DNA of 64,000 nucleotides from Chryseobacterium sp. (GCA_018260475.1 JAGLBA010000009.1:8741-72740); one strand, 5' to 3'. Positions 16,815-27,175 are shown, counted from the first letter of the stretch. The notes: generated by a model not told the origin, from the letters alone. Numbers and translations are program-made.

Positions 16815-19778
16815 TTATTTTTTGATACCATTTTTGATGGCTCTTGCCTCCGCCACAATCTCCGGAAAGTCCCGATAATTAGCAATAATCTGGTCGGTGG
16901 TATAACTTGCTTGGTAATTGTCTTTCAGGCCGATATAGTTTCTTGCCATCACCAGTAGCGCTTTTGCACCCCAATACTCCTCCGCAGCGTAATTGTTTGC
17001 CAGTTTGAAGATGGTTTCGTTTGAGGACTTAAACGCCTTGGCTTGGTTTTGATAATAAGCCTTGGCATAGAGTGCTTCCGCAGCCACTTCCGTATTGGCA
17101 GAATTTTCCAGCAATGCGAATGCCGCCTGCGCATCTCTGTTTTTACCACTGTTCATGAGGCTTCGCGCTTTGATGACACGCGCGCTTTCCAAGATACTTG
17201 CTGCGTTTTTTGTATTTTTAAGAACTTCATCCGCCATCGTTTCGGCTTTCCCGAAATCTTTTGTATCAGCATAAATCTTCATCAACTCGATTGTTGCAAA
17301 GTTTTTAATAGCAACATCCGATGAAGTTACCAGCGATTCCAAATACTTTTTCGCCTCCGCAGTATTATCCTGAGCGATGTAGATTTGTGCAATCCTTGTT
17401 TGTGCATCTTGCTGATAATCATTTTGTACCGTTGCCAGTTCCTGCAGAACGATTAGTGCCTTATCGGAATTTTTCGTTTGAAAGTAACTTTCGCCCAACT
17501 CATATTGCGCTTGGTAACGCCCATCGCCGGACGGATTTTTGGCTAAATATTTTTCGTAAAATGGAATTGCCGACTTGTAATCTTTTTTAGCATAAAAATT
17601 CTTCGCGCTTGTTAGCGTGATTTCGTCCATTTCAGAAGCATCTATATTGACGCCCAATGATTTAGCAAAATTCTCGTAACCCGGGATGTCATTATTTTTA
17701 ATAAAAATCGGTCGCGATGCCTGCACAATTTTTCCGGCGTAAGCGGTATTTCTATACTGATTTCCAAGGGTTTTTAATTCTGTCAAAGCTTTTTCAGGCT
17801 GATTTTGATCGATGTAGTTTTGTGCACGGTAAATTTGTGCATTTGCCACCAAATCTTTGTCGATACCTGATTTTATGACTTTCCCAAAATACTCGTTGGA
17901 ATTGTTGTAATCATCAATGGAGGCGTACGCTGTGGCCGTTTCGTACCAAGCGTCATCGGCATATTCAGAATTTGGATATTTTGTATTAAGGTTTTTTAAT
18001 TCCGAAATCTTCGCCTCCATATCGCCTTTGAAACCAAGCGCCATCGCCTTTTGGAACAGCGTGTAGTCATCTGCATTTTCTGCTTTATCGTAAATTGCGA
18101 TGGCTTCTTTTAGTTCATTATTTGCGTAGTAGGTATCCGCCAAACGCAATTCGGCATCATTTTTAAACTCTGGATTAGGATTTTTTAGATAGTCTAAAAA
18201 GTACTTCTTGGCTTTGTCAAATTTTTTCGATTTGAAATAGGCGTATCCTAAATCGTAATCCAACTGTTGTTTTTCGGTAAAGTTTTCGCCCAAAAGTTTT
18301 TCATAACGAACAATTGCTGATGGATAGTTGCCTTTTTGGTAATAAGTCTGTGCCAACCAGTAGGTTGCGCGCGGCGTGATGGCAGGATTTTCATTCAGTT
18401 CCAAACTTCTCAAGAAATATTTTTCGGCTTCATCAAAATTTCCTTTGTTGAATTCCTCTGTCGCCAAAAGGAAAGATACTTCTTGGTCTATCCTATCCGT
18501 TTCTGGAGTGGAGTTTTGCAGTTTATCTATCGCAGCCAGCGTTTCACGATAATCCCCTGAATAGAGGTATGATTTTACCAAAAGCGAGCGCAGTTCCGCA
18601 GTTTGTGGCGCCGAAGGATGTGTTGAAATAAAGGACTGAATAACGGTAGGCGCTGCCTCGAAAGGGTTGCCGATGTCGTAACTCAGTTTGGCATATTGTG
18701 CGTGTGCCAGTTGTTGCACTTTAGAATCGTAAGACATCTGATATGCAGAACGATACGCCGAAAGTGCTTCCTGTTTCTTGCCGGTTTGCAAGTACGCATT
18801 TCCTAATTGATAATACGCATTTTGGGACATGGCAGAATTGCTGTTGAGTAATTGGTTATAATATGAAACGGCCTCGTCATATTTACCAAGTTTGGCGGAA
18901 ACAAATCCCATTTCGTACAAATCACTCTCCGATGGCGACTTCTGTGTTTCCAAATAATTTTTCAGGTGTGGGTAAGCCGACGCCTCATCACCTTTCATAA
19001 AGTAACTCTCCCCGATAATTTTATGAACTTCAGCACTGTAATCACTTGAAATATTGGAATTGAGCAAGTCATTTCCTTCGGAGATGGCGTGGTCGTAGTC
19101 TTTATTATTGAAAAACATCTGCACATAGTAAGGACGAACCATCTCGGCATATTTTTCATCTGTTTTTATAGAATCGAAATATGAAAACGCCTTATCTGAC
19201 TGTAGATCACTATAATACAAATGCCCGAGCATATACGCCACATCATTTTTCTCGCTACCCTTGGCTGCTGCATAGGCCTCCACCAAAGCATCTATTGCGC
19301 CTTTGGTATCGCCTTCCATAAATTTGGCATAACCCATCTTCAGGACGTATTGCGTGTTTTCTTCGCGGGAAAGTTGGTATTGATTTACTTTTTGTAAAGT
19401 TTCAAGCGCTTTAGCAAAATCTTTTTTGGCTAAATAATAATCTGCAAGCGGCATATTCGCCTGTGCAAAGTAGGCCGAATTCGGATAATCCTCCATAAAA
19501 GACGCAAGGCCTTCCTCGGCGTGATTTTTTTGCAAAATAACACCGATGACATTATCAAAAAAACGAGCAGCCTCCTTTTTGGAATCCGTAAGAGATTGGT
19601 TGTAGAAATATAGTTGGACATATTCGTACTGTGCAGCACCGTAGATTTTAGTTTGGTAAAGGTTTTCCGCAAGGTCATATTTATAATCCTTGCGTGCGGT
19701 ATAGTATTTTGTGAGTTGCGCCTCGGAAATCCCGAAAAACAGAACCGCAGCGGGAAGAAAAATTTTTTTTGAATTCAT
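16815..19778 (-). CDS. large secreted tetratricopeptide-repeat (TPR) protein
   Basis: 987 aa. Signal peptide ...FFGISEAQ with no lipobox Cys. Repeated A..Y..G/A..Y TPR-like helices throughout. Confidence 0.8.
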   Translation of the reverse strand: MNSKKIFLPAAVLFFGISEAQLTKYYTARKDYKYDLAENLYQTKIYGAAQYEYVQLYFYNQSLTDSKKEAARFFDNVIGVILQKNHAEEGLASFMEDYPNSAYFAQANMPLADYYLAKKDFAKALETLQKVNQYQLSREENTQYVLKMGYAKFMEGDTKGAIDALVEAYAAAKGSEKNDVAYMLGHLYYSDLQSDKAFSYFDSIKTDEKYAEMVRPYYVQMFFNNKDYDHAISEGNDLLNSNISSDYSAEVHKIIGESYFMKGDEASAYPHLKNYLETQKSPSESDLYEMGFVSAKLGKYDEAVSYYNQLLNSNSAMSQNAYYQLGNAYLQTGKKQEALSAYRSAYQMSYDSKVQQLAHAQYAKLSYDIGNPFEAAPTVIQSFISTHPSAPQTAELRSLLVKSYLYSGDYRETLAAIDKLQNSTPETDRIDQEVSFLLATEEFNKGNFDEAEKYFLRSLELNENPAITPRATYWLAQTYYQKGNYPSAIVRYEKLLGENFTEKQQLDYDLGYAYFKSKKFDKAKKYFLDYLKNPNPEFKNDAELRLADTYYANNELKEAIAIYDKAENADDYTLFQKAMALGFKGDMEAKISELKNLNTKYPNSEYADDAWYETATAYASIDDYNNSNEYFGKVIKSGIDKDLVANAQIYRAQNYIDQNQPEKALTELKTLGNQYRNTAYAGKIVQASRPIFIKNNDIPGYENFAKSLGVNIDASEMDEITLTSAKNFYAKKDYKSAIPFYEKYLAKNPSGDGRYQAQYELGESYFQTKNSDKALIVLQELATVQNDYQQDAQTRIAQIYIAQDNTAEAKKYLESLVTSSDVAIKNFATIELMKIYADTKDFGKAETMADEVLKNTKNAASILESARVIKARSLMNSGKNRDAQAAFALLENSANTEVAAEALYAKAYYQNQAKAFKSSNETIFKLANNYAAEEYWGAKALLVMARNYIGLKDNYQASYTTDQIIANYRDFPEIVAEARAIKNGIKK

Positions 19779-19964
19779 AATTCTATTTGAGAATAATTTG
19801 TCTTTATTAATGCAACGAAAATAGAGAAAAGTTATTGCTTAAACAAGGGAATGGAATTTAGGGAGTGGAAATTAGGGGTAAGGATTGATAATGTAAACCA
19901 ATCAATTCGATAATATATGAATAGAATTTTAATTTTTAATTAATAAATTTTAAGGATAATTAAC

Positions 19965-19972
19965 TACTTTTG
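19965..19972 (+). promoter_or_regulatory. -7 promoter box (TACTTTTG) for the amino-acid permease gene
   Basis: Exact TAnnTTTG, 27 nt upstream of ATG 19999. Confidence 0.4.
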
Positions 19973-19998
19973 TTTTTAAACTAAACTATGAGCATTCA

Positions 19999-21657
19999 AT
20001 GAATCAACTTTTTAAAAGAAAACCAATCAATGGGACTATTGCGGAGGACGGCGAAGGCGAACACCACTCCCTGAACAAGGTTCTGACTGTAAAGGACTTA
20101 ACCTTTTTTGGTATCGCAGCCATCATCGGGGGCGGAATCTTTAGCGCCATAGGAAATGCCTGTTTTACGGGCGGACCAGGGGTCATATTCCTTTACATGA
20201 TTTGCGCGGTAGCCTGCGGTTTCACAGCGTTGTGCTATGCCGAATTTGCATCTCGCGTTCCTGTTTCAGGTAGTGCCTACACATACGCCTATGTTTCTTT
20301 CGGCGAAATTTTCGCTTGGATCATCGGCTGGGCGCTCATAATGGAATATTCCATCGGGAACATTTATATCGCCTTCTCATGGAGCGGCTATTTCACCAAT
20401 CTTTTGGAAACTTTTGGAGTTCACCTCCCCGAATGGCTTACCATTAACTATAAATCTGCGCATGCGGCATTTTTAGAAAATAAACCCGGTGAAGGATTGG
20501 ACGCCTGGAAAAATGCGCCAATGATTGGCAATCTGAAGATGATTTTTGATATGCCTGCCCTACTCATCAACACCCTGATTACCTACCTCGTGTACCGCGG
20601 CACAAAGGAGTCTAAGAATTTCAGCAACGCTATGGTATGGATTAAAATCGCCGTGATTGTGCTTGTAATCGTGGTGGGGGCGCTATATGTGGACATTGAT
20701 AACTGGACGCCCTTTTTACCAAATGGTTTTGGCGGCGTGATGGCTGGAGTGTCTGCCGTTTTCTACGCCTACATTGGTTTTGATGCCGTTTCTACCCTTG
20801 CCGAGGAAGCAAAAGACCCACAAAAAGACCTCCCAAAAGGCATGATTTATTCGTTGGTCATTTGTACTGTAGTATATATCGCTCTAGCACTGGTACTTAC
20901 AGGAATGGTTCCTTACAAATTGCTTGGCGTAACCGATCCATTAGCCGAAATATTCGCCTTAAAAGGTGTAAAATGGATGCTTTTTATTGTGTCTATCTCT
21001 GCCGTTGTGGCGATGACAAGCGTATTATTAGTATTCCAAATGGGACAACCAAGAATATGGATGGCGATGAGCCGCGATGGTCTAATGCCTCCAAAACTGG
21101 CTGAAATCCACCCTAAATACAAAACGCCCGCATTTGCGACTATTCTGACAGGATTGGTGGTAGGGCTACCTATTTTCTTTACAGATGAAAACCTCGTGTT
21201 GGATTTCACAAGTATCGGGACACTTTTTGCCTTCGTGCTGGTTTGTGGTGGCGTATTATTACTTTCGCCTCAATCCAAAGAGGAAATCGCAGAAAGAAAA
21301 GGTAAATTCCAAATTCCTTACATCAATGCAAAATTTATTTTCCCAATCATCATCGCTTCCATAATGCTTTTGGTCAATTTCGTTTATCCTAATGCCTTAC
21401 CAGATGTATTTCGTGAGCCTTTAAAAAATATTCCATTGATTGTATTCTTTATTGTTTGCTCGGTGATGTGGGTTTTGGCTTTCATTAAAAACTATTCATT
21501 AATACCGCTTCTAGGGCTGATTTCCTGCTGTTACCTGCTTACGGGGATGAGCGTACAAAACTGGACTTGGTTTGGGATTTGGCTGGTTCTCGGACTTATT
21601 TTCTATTTTATATATGGTAAAAAGCACAGCAAATTGAATAAAAATAATTTTAAATAA
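19999..21657 (+). CDS. APC-superfamily amino acid permease (cationic amino acid transporter-like)
   Basis: 552 aa, about 12-14 TM. GIAAIIGGGIFSAIG and FYAYIGFDAVSTLAEEAKDP blocks are typical of the family. Confidence 0.85.
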   Translation: MNQLFKRKPINGTIAEDGEGEHHSLNKVLTVKDLTFFGIAAIIGGGIFSAIGNACFTGGPGVIFLYMICAVACGFTALCYAEFASRVPVSGSAYTYAYVSFGEIFAWIIGWALIMEYSIGNIYIAFSWSGYFTNLLETFGVHLPEWLTINYKSAHAAFLENKPGEGLDAWKNAPMIGNLKMIFDMPALLINTLITYLVYRGTKESKNFSNAMVWIKIAVIVLVIVVGALYVDIDNWTPFLPNGFGGVMAGVSAVFYAYIGFDAVSTLAEEAKDPQKDLPKGMIYSLVICTVVYIALALVLTGMVPYKLLGVTDPLAEIFALKGVKWMLFIVSISAVVAMTSVLLVFQMGQPRIWMAMSRDGLMPPKLAEIHPKYKTPAFATILTGLVVGLPIFFTDENLVLDFTSIGTLFAFVLVCGGVLLLSPQSKEEIAERKGKFQIPYINAKFIFPIIIASIMLLVNFVYPNALPDVFREPLKNIPLIVFFIVCSVMWVLAFIKNYSLIPLLGLISCCYLLTGMSVQNWTWFGIWLVLGLIFYFIYGKKHSKLNKNNFK

Positions 21658-21663
21658 AAAAAT

Positions 21664-21686
21664 CCCGGTAGCGCAACTCTACCGGG
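21664..21686. terminator. bidirectional intrinsic terminator between convergent genes
   Basis: Stem cccggtag/ctaccggg with a 7-nt loop. A8 run upstream and a T-rich tail downstream. Confidence 0.7.
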
Positions 21687-21707
21687 ATATTTGTTTGAAA
21701 TAAAATC

Positions 21708-22640
21708 TTAATGCTTGTGCTGACTCGGTGGCGTGGGATAGTGTGCTTTATCAATTTCGTCTACTTTTTGTGCTGCGGACATGGCTACCACCAGGTCATT
21801 CAGCATAGAACTTGCCGCCGTTGGGGAGTTTGGTAATAATACCAAATTACTGCGGCTATTGGCGCCAATGGAATGCAGCGTGTCGTAATGCTGTGTAACC
21901 ACAATCAATGCGGATGCCTCCTGAGCATTGATGTTTGCATTATTCAGCATTTTAACAGATTCTTCCAAACCTCTGGCAATTTCGCGTCTTTGGTCGGCGA
22001 TACCCTGTCCTTGCAACTTTTTAGATTCCGCTTCCGCTTTTGCTACCGCTACAATTCGGATGCGCTGTGCTTCGGATTCGAATTCTGCGGCGGTTTTCTC
22101 GCGTTCTGCGGCATTGATGCGGTTCATAGCATGTTTTACCTGTTCATCCGGGTCTATATCGGTTACCAACGCCTTCACGATATCATAACCGTAACTTTGC
22201 ATCGCTTCCTGCAATTCTCCTTTTACGGCAACGGCAATGTCATCTTTACGAACGAATACATCATCCAATTTTAGTTTTGGTACTTCGGCACGCACGACAT
22301 CGAAAACATAAGAAGTAATCTGATTTTCTGGATTTTCCAAACGATAATACGCATCACCTACCTGTGTACGAATGACCTGATACTGCACCGAAACTTTCAT
22401 TTTGATGAACACATTGTCGAGCGTTTTGGTATCTATCAAAACATCCAACTGTTGTATCCTGAGGTTCAATCGCTTTGCCACCTTATCTATAAAGGGAATT
22501 TTCAAATGCAGTCCCGACTGTCGCACGGTATTAAATTTGCCAAAACGCTCCACAATAGCGGCGGATTCCTGTTTCACCGTGAAGAACGAAGCAAATAGAA
22601 CAATGAGTCCAAAAAATAGTAATACTCCTAAATAGCCCAT
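21708..22640 (-). CDS. SPFH/Band-7 (stomatin-like) domain protein
   Basis: N-terminal TM segment, then VKQESAAIVERFGKF...GLHLKIPFID... SPFH core and an A/E-rich coiled tail. Confidence 0.85.
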   Translation of the reverse strand: MGYLGVLLFFGLIVLFASFFTVKQESAAIVERFGKFNTVRQSGLHLKIPFIDKVAKRLNLRIQQLDVLIDTKTLDNVFIKMKVSVQYQVIRTQVGDAYYRLENPENQITSYVFDVVRAEVPKLKLDDVFVRKDDIAVAVKGELQEAMQSYGYDIVKALVTDIDPDEQVKHAMNRINAAEREKTAAEFESEAQRIRIVAVAKAEAESKKLQGQGIADQRREIARGLEESVKMLNNANINAQEASALIVVTQHYDTLHSIGANSRSNLVLLPNSPTAASSMLNDLVVAMSAAQKVDEIDKAHYPTPPSQHKH

Positions 22641-22745
22641 AATTTATAATTTAACTGTTTAATATTATTGGTTTATAATTTAGTAAATATAAAGAGATTT
22701 AATCTTAAAAAAAAAATAATCAATTCAAAATATAGGCTTGATTTA

Positions 22746-24095
22746 TTACATCCCAATCTCGATGCCTTTTATTTTTCGGTAAAGGTCGGTGGCGTAGTTA
22801 TCCGTCATCCCGGAAACGAAATCTATCACGCCTAGCACTCTTTTATAAACACTTTCCCCGTCGTAATTGAACTGCCCTGGAAGTAGTTTTAGCGCCATTT
22901 TATCATAGTTCTTCCGGTGATCCTTATTTTTTATAATGGATGGAATGAAATGATCCAGCAATTCATACATCACATTATAGCCTGCATTTTCGATTTCGAC
23001 CACGGCTTTGTGGTTGTAAATTTCTTTGATGGAAAACTCTTCTATTTTTTGCAAGGAGGTGTTTTCATTTTTATAAATATCCAGCAGCGCGGTATCCAAA
23101 TCACCGGAAATGATTTGGTTGAAGTTTAATTTATAAAGTTCTATCGATTTGTTGATGAGCGCATTGATGACTTTTGCCCGTAGATAAGAAATACGCTCGT
23201 TGGCATTAGAAATTGCCGCCAATTTTAGCTCTACCCTTTCGGTATTTTGGTTTTCAGATTTGATGAGGTCGAAGAACAAATTCTCGCAATCTGCAGTGGA
23301 AACAATGCCGAGGCGGTGCGCATCTTCCATATCAATAATGTTGTAGCAAATATCATCGGCGGCTTCCACGAGCCAAACAAAAGGGTGGCGTTTAAAAATC
23401 GTGGGACTTTCGCTTTCTTGTTTTAAATTGACAGCTTTGACAATATCCAAAAAAACATCTTTTTCATTTTGAAAAAAACCAAATTTCTTGCGATGAAGTA
23501 CGCCTTTTTTCTTCGCGATAGCCTCGCATGGATATTTGGCAATACTCGCCAAAGTGGTGTATGTCAGTTGTGTACCGCCTTCGTCCTTGCCTTTTTGTTG
23601 ATGCGCTAAAACGCGAATGGCATTGGCATTACCTTCAAAATTGATCAAATCTGCCCACTCTTTTTCATTAAAAATAGCCTTCAGTTCCTGTTCATTTCTC
23701 TCGAAATAGCTGGCGATGGCATCCTCCCCGGAGTGACCGAACGCAGGGTTGCCAACATCGTGGCAAAGGCACGCCGCCGCAATAACATTGCTGAGGTTGT
23801 ATTGGTAAAAATTTTGGGCATCGGCAGAAAGGTCCTGTTGATGTTTATCAAAAATAAACTCACCGATTGCATTTCCCAAACTTCGGCCAACTGATGATAC
23901 CTCCAGCGAATGCGTAAGGCGGTTATGCACAAAAACGCTGCCCGGAAGCGGGAAAACCTGCGTTTTATTCTGCAGTCTCCGAAAAGCCGAAGAAAATATG
24001 ATCCTATCGAAATCTCGCTGATAATCCGTGCGTGTCGCCGTGGAATTCGGGTGGTTCCCCGTGCGCTGATTGGTAAATAAATGGTTAAGATCCAT
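22746..24095 (-). CDS. dgt: dGTP triphosphohydrolase-like HD-domain protein
   Basis: RLTHSLEVSSVGRSLG and CLCHDVGNPAFGHSGE HD-domain motifs; 449 aa. Confidence 0.85.
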   Translation of the reverse strand: MDLNHLFTNQRTGNHPNSTATRTDYQRDFDRIIFSSAFRRLQNKTQVFPLPGSVFVHNRLTHSLEVSSVGRSLGNAIGEFIFDKHQQDLSADAQNFYQYNLSNVIAAACLCHDVGNPAFGHSGEDAIASYFERNEQELKAIFNEKEWADLINFEGNANAIRVLAHQQKGKDEGGTQLTYTTLASIAKYPCEAIAKKKGVLHRKKFGFFQNEKDVFLDIVKAVNLKQESESPTIFKRHPFVWLVEAADDICYNIIDMEDAHRLGIVSTADCENLFFDLIKSENQNTERVELKLAAISNANERISYLRAKVINALINKSIELYKLNFNQIISGDLDTALLDIYKNENTSLQKIEEFSIKEIYNHKAVVEIENAGYNVMYELLDHFIPSIIKNKDHRKNYDKMALKLLPGQFNYDGESVYKRVLGVIDFVSGMTDNYATDLYRKIKGIEIGM

Positions 24096-24099
24096 AGGT

Positions 24100-24107
24100 C
24101 AAAAATA
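24100..24107 (-). promoter_or_regulatory. -7 promoter box (TATTTTTG) only 4 nt upstream of the dgt ATG
   Basis: The minus strand reads TATTTTTG-ACCT-ATG. The box lies directly after the gcvP terminator. Confidence 0.4.
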
Positions 24108-24120
24108 GGAAAATATTGAC

Positions 24121-24150
24121 GAAAAAATTCCCGAACATTTGTCCGGGAAT
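24121..24150 (-). terminator. intrinsic terminator after gcvP
   Basis: The minus strand reads attcccggac-aaat-gttcgggaat (one mismatch) followed by TTTTTT. Confidence 0.7.
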
Positions 24151-24172
24151 TTGTAGGATTTTAATTAAAAAA

Positions 24173-27034
24173 TTAGTTCATATAACTTTCCGTAGGCTCG
24201 CAAGTGCAGATGAGGTGCCTATCGCCATACGCATCATCTACTCTAGATACAGACGCAAAGAACTTGCGTTCTCGTACCCAATTCAATGGATAAGCGGCTT
24301 TTTCGCGGCTGTAAGGTTTGTCCCAGCTATCGGAAATCAAAAGTTGCTCAGTATGTGGCGCGTTTTTAAGAACATTATCTTTAGCATCGGCTTCGCCATT
24401 TGCAATTTCATCGATTTCTTTCTTAATGGAAATCAAAGCCTCTGCAAAACGATCAAGTTCCTCTTTGGCTTCGGATTCCGTAGGCTCTATCATCAGCGTT
24501 CCCGCCACAGGGAAAGAAACCGTAGGGGCGTGGAAACCGTAGTCCATAAGGCGTTTTGCGACATCGCTTACCTCTACACCGATGGCTTTAAACTGTCTGA
24601 AATCCACGATACATTCATGTGCCACGCGGCCATTTTTGTTGGCATAAAGAATTGGGAAATGTTCCGCCAATACTTCTTTTAAATAGTTGGCATTCAAAAT
24701 CGCATGTTCGGTAGATTTTTTAAGACCGTCCGCACCCAACATTTTAATATATGCGTAAGAAATATTTAGTACCAATGACGAACCATAAGGGGCAGAAGAA
24801 ATAGCATCTATCGCCTCTTTACCGCCAGTTTTGATGTTCGGATTACTTGGTAAGAATGGCACCAAATGCGCAGCCACACAGATCGGACCTACGCCAGGAC
24901 CACCGCCGCCGTGAGGAATCGCGAAGGTCTTGTGAAGATTTAAGTGACAAACATCTGCCCCGATATTCCCTGGACTTGTGAAGCCTACTTGGGCGTTCAT
25001 ATTTGCGCCATCCATGTATACCTGTCCGCCATTATCGTGGATTAACTTCGTGATTTCCTTAATATTATCATCAAAGAAACCATAGGTAGATGGATAAGTA
25101 ATCATCGCTGCGGATAGGTTTTCCCTATGCTCTTCTGCTTTGGCTTTCAGATCTTCAAAATCGATTTGTCCGTCGGCAAGATTTTTTACCACCACTACTT
25201 TCATACCGGCCATTACAGCAGATGCAGGATTTGTTCCGTGGGCAGATTGTGGGATCAATACGATGTTTCTGTGGGTATCTCCACGGGAAATGTGGTATTG
25301 GCGGATGACCATAAGTCCTGCATATTCACCCTGTGCACCTGAGTTCGGCTGAAGTGAAGTTCCTGCGAAGCCTGTAATTTCGGCAAGGTCTTTCTCCAAT
25401 TCTTTAATCATTTCTTGGTACCCGCCAGCCTGTTCTGTAGGGACAAAAGGGTGCACACTTCCCCACTCTGACCAAGAAAGAGGCATCATTTGCGCCGCAG
25501 CATTCAATTTCATGGTACAAGATCCAAGGGAAATCATAGAATGGGTAAGAGATAGGTCTTTTCTTTCCAAACGCTTGATATAGCGCATTAATTCAGTTTC
25601 CGTGTGGTATTTATTGAAGACTTCTTCTTTTAGGATTTCATCTTTTCTCAAAAGTTCCGCCGGAATCGAATATTCCTCTTTTATGTTTAGTTTATAACTT
25701 TGCTTGCCTTTGAATGAAGCAAAAACATCCAACAAAGCCTGAAGTTTAGGTTCGGTAGTCGTTTCATTGACAGAAATGCTTACCACCCCTTCGGAGAAGA
25801 AGTTCAGGTTAATTTTATGGTCGCGCATCAGTTGCATCAGCGGTTGTTTTTCACCCTCATTGATGCGGATTTTCACAGTATCAAAGACCGGCTCTTCAAC
25901 AACATCATACCCGAAGGTTTTCAACGCATCATTTAGCGCATTGGTTTTGTAGTGGATTTGGTCTGCGATATAGTTCAAGCCTTTAGGCCCGTGGTACACT
26001 GCGTACATCCCCGCCATCACGGCAAGAAGAACTTGTGCCGTACAGATGTTGGAAGTCGCTTTCTCTCTTTTAATGTGTTGTTCGCGTGTTTGCAAAGCCA
26101 TTCTCAGCGCGCGTTTGCCGTACATATCTTGAGAAACCCCGATGATTCTTCCAGGTATATCGCGTTTATAATCTTCTTTACAGGTAAAAAATGCTGCATG
26201 AGGCCCGCCATACCCCATCGGAATTCCGAAACGCTGGGTAGTTCCCACAGCACAGTCGGCACCCATGTCGGCAGGAGATTTCAATTTCACCAATGCCATT
26301 GGGTCGCAAGCAACAGCCACCTGAAGGTTGTGTTCTTTGTAAGTTGTGATATTTTCAGTGTAGTCCAGAACTACGCCGTTTTTCCCTGGATATTGCAAAA
26401 GTACTCCGAAATAGGAATCGTTAAACTGATGATTTTCATGATGACCTACCACTACAACTATCCCAAGACCTTCCGCCTTAGTTTTCAAAACCGCTACGGT
26501 TTGTGGCAATACCAATTCCGAAACAAAGAATTTTTTGGCATCGGCTTTCTTTTGGTCTTTGCTTCTATTAGCAAAAAACATGTGCATCGCTTCCGCAGCA
26601 GCCGTACCTTCATCCAATAGAGAGGCATTTGCCAAAGGGAAACCTGTAAGATCGGACATCACAGTTTGGTAGTTCAGTAGCGCCTCCAAGCGGCCTTGTG
26701 CGATTTCCGCCTGGTAAGGTGTGTAGGCAGTATACCAGCCAGGATTTTCAAAAATATTTCTTTGGATGGCCGCCGGCAGGATGACATTGTGGTATCCAAA
26801 GCCAATATAATTGTCGAATTGTTGGTTTTTAGCTGCCAGTTCTTTGGAGTGGTTCAGCATTTCAAATTCGGAAAGTGGCTCGGAGATATTTAGGTCTTTT
26901 TCCAGACGAATAGAGTCTGGGATGGTCTGCCCTATCAGTTCATCAATCCCGGAAACGCCGATTTTATCAAGCATTGCCTTTTTATCTTCTTCGTTCAGGG
27001 AAATGTGGCGGCGAACAAACTGTGTGGTATTCAT
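24173..27034 (-). CDS. gcvP: glycine dehydrogenase (decarboxylating), single-chain P-protein
   Basis: 953 aa. The PLP-lysine region CHLNLHKTFAIPHGGGGPG and overall collinearity are typical of GcvP. Confidence 0.95.
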   Translation of the reverse strand: MNTTQFVRRHISLNEEDKKAMLDKIGVSGIDELIGQTIPDSIRLEKDLNISEPLSEFEMLNHSKELAAKNQQFDNYIGFGYHNVILPAAIQRNIFENPGWYTAYTPYQAEIAQGRLEALLNYQTVMSDLTGFPLANASLLDEGTAAAEAMHMFFANRSKDQKKADAKKFFVSELVLPQTVAVLKTKAEGLGIVVVVGHHENHQFNDSYFGVLLQYPGKNGVVLDYTENITTYKEHNLQVAVACDPMALVKLKSPADMGADCAVGTTQRFGIPMGYGGPHAAFFTCKEDYKRDIPGRIIGVSQDMYGKRALRMALQTREQHIKREKATSNICTAQVLLAVMAGMYAVYHGPKGLNYIADQIHYKTNALNDALKTFGYDVVEEPVFDTVKIRINEGEKQPLMQLMRDHKINLNFFSEGVVSISVNETTTEPKLQALLDVFASFKGKQSYKLNIKEEYSIPAELLRKDEILKEEVFNKYHTETELMRYIKRLERKDLSLTHSMISLGSCTMKLNAAAQMMPLSWSEWGSVHPFVPTEQAGGYQEMIKELEKDLAEITGFAGTSLQPNSGAQGEYAGLMVIRQYHISRGDTHRNIVLIPQSAHGTNPASAVMAGMKVVVVKNLADGQIDFEDLKAKAEEHRENLSAAMITYPSTYGFFDDNIKEITKLIHDNGGQVYMDGANMNAQVGFTSPGNIGADVCHLNLHKTFAIPHGGGGPGVGPICVAAHLVPFLPSNPNIKTGGKEAIDAISSAPYGSSLVLNISYAYIKMLGADGLKKSTEHAILNANYLKEVLAEHFPILYANKNGRVAHECIVDFRQFKAIGVEVSDVAKRLMDYGFHAPTVSFPVAGTLMIEPTESEAKEELDRFAEALISIKKEIDEIANGEADAKDNVLKNAPHTEQLLISDSWDKPYSREKAAYPLNWVRERKFFASVSRVDDAYGDRHLICTCEPTESYMN

Positions 27035-27137
27035 ATAATAAGGTTAAATTTTGTTTCGAAATATAAATTATGTAAAAATACGGCTTTTCGGGTAAATCCG
27101 CAAGATTGTTTTACTTTCTTAAGCATTGTTGGTAAAG

Positions 27138-27175
27138 ACGAATTTATCGAATTAAAAAATACGAATTTATCGAAT
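27138..27175. repeat. 15-bp direct repeat x2 (ACGAATTTATCGAAT), 23-bp period, upstream of gcvP
   Basis: Exact copies at 27138-27152 and 27161-27175, about 105-140 nt upstream of the gcvP start. A candidate regulator binding site. Confidence 0.5.

Noticed and set aside
16815-19778. Whether the 987-aa TPR protein is the T9SS lipoprotein SprE/PorW
   Set aside because: SprE/PorW is a lipoprotein, whereas this signal peptide ends ...GISEAQ with no lipobox cysteine. No other T9SS genes are adjacent. It is left as a generic TPR protein.
22746-24095. dGTPase as an anti-phage nucleotide-depletion defence gene
   Set aside because: The context is purely housekeeping (gcvP on one side, an SPFH gene on the other). 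There are no neighbouring defence or mobile genes and no compositional oddity. It is most simply the chromosomal dgt.
24116-26620. Long antisense ORFs inside gcvP (24116-24682, 188 aa; 25952-26620, 222 aa)
   Set aside because: They lie entirely opposite a very well-supported 953-aa GcvP reading frame. Their sequences are Arg/Ser/Cys/Phe-rich with no recognisable motif. This is the typical shadow-ORF artefact.
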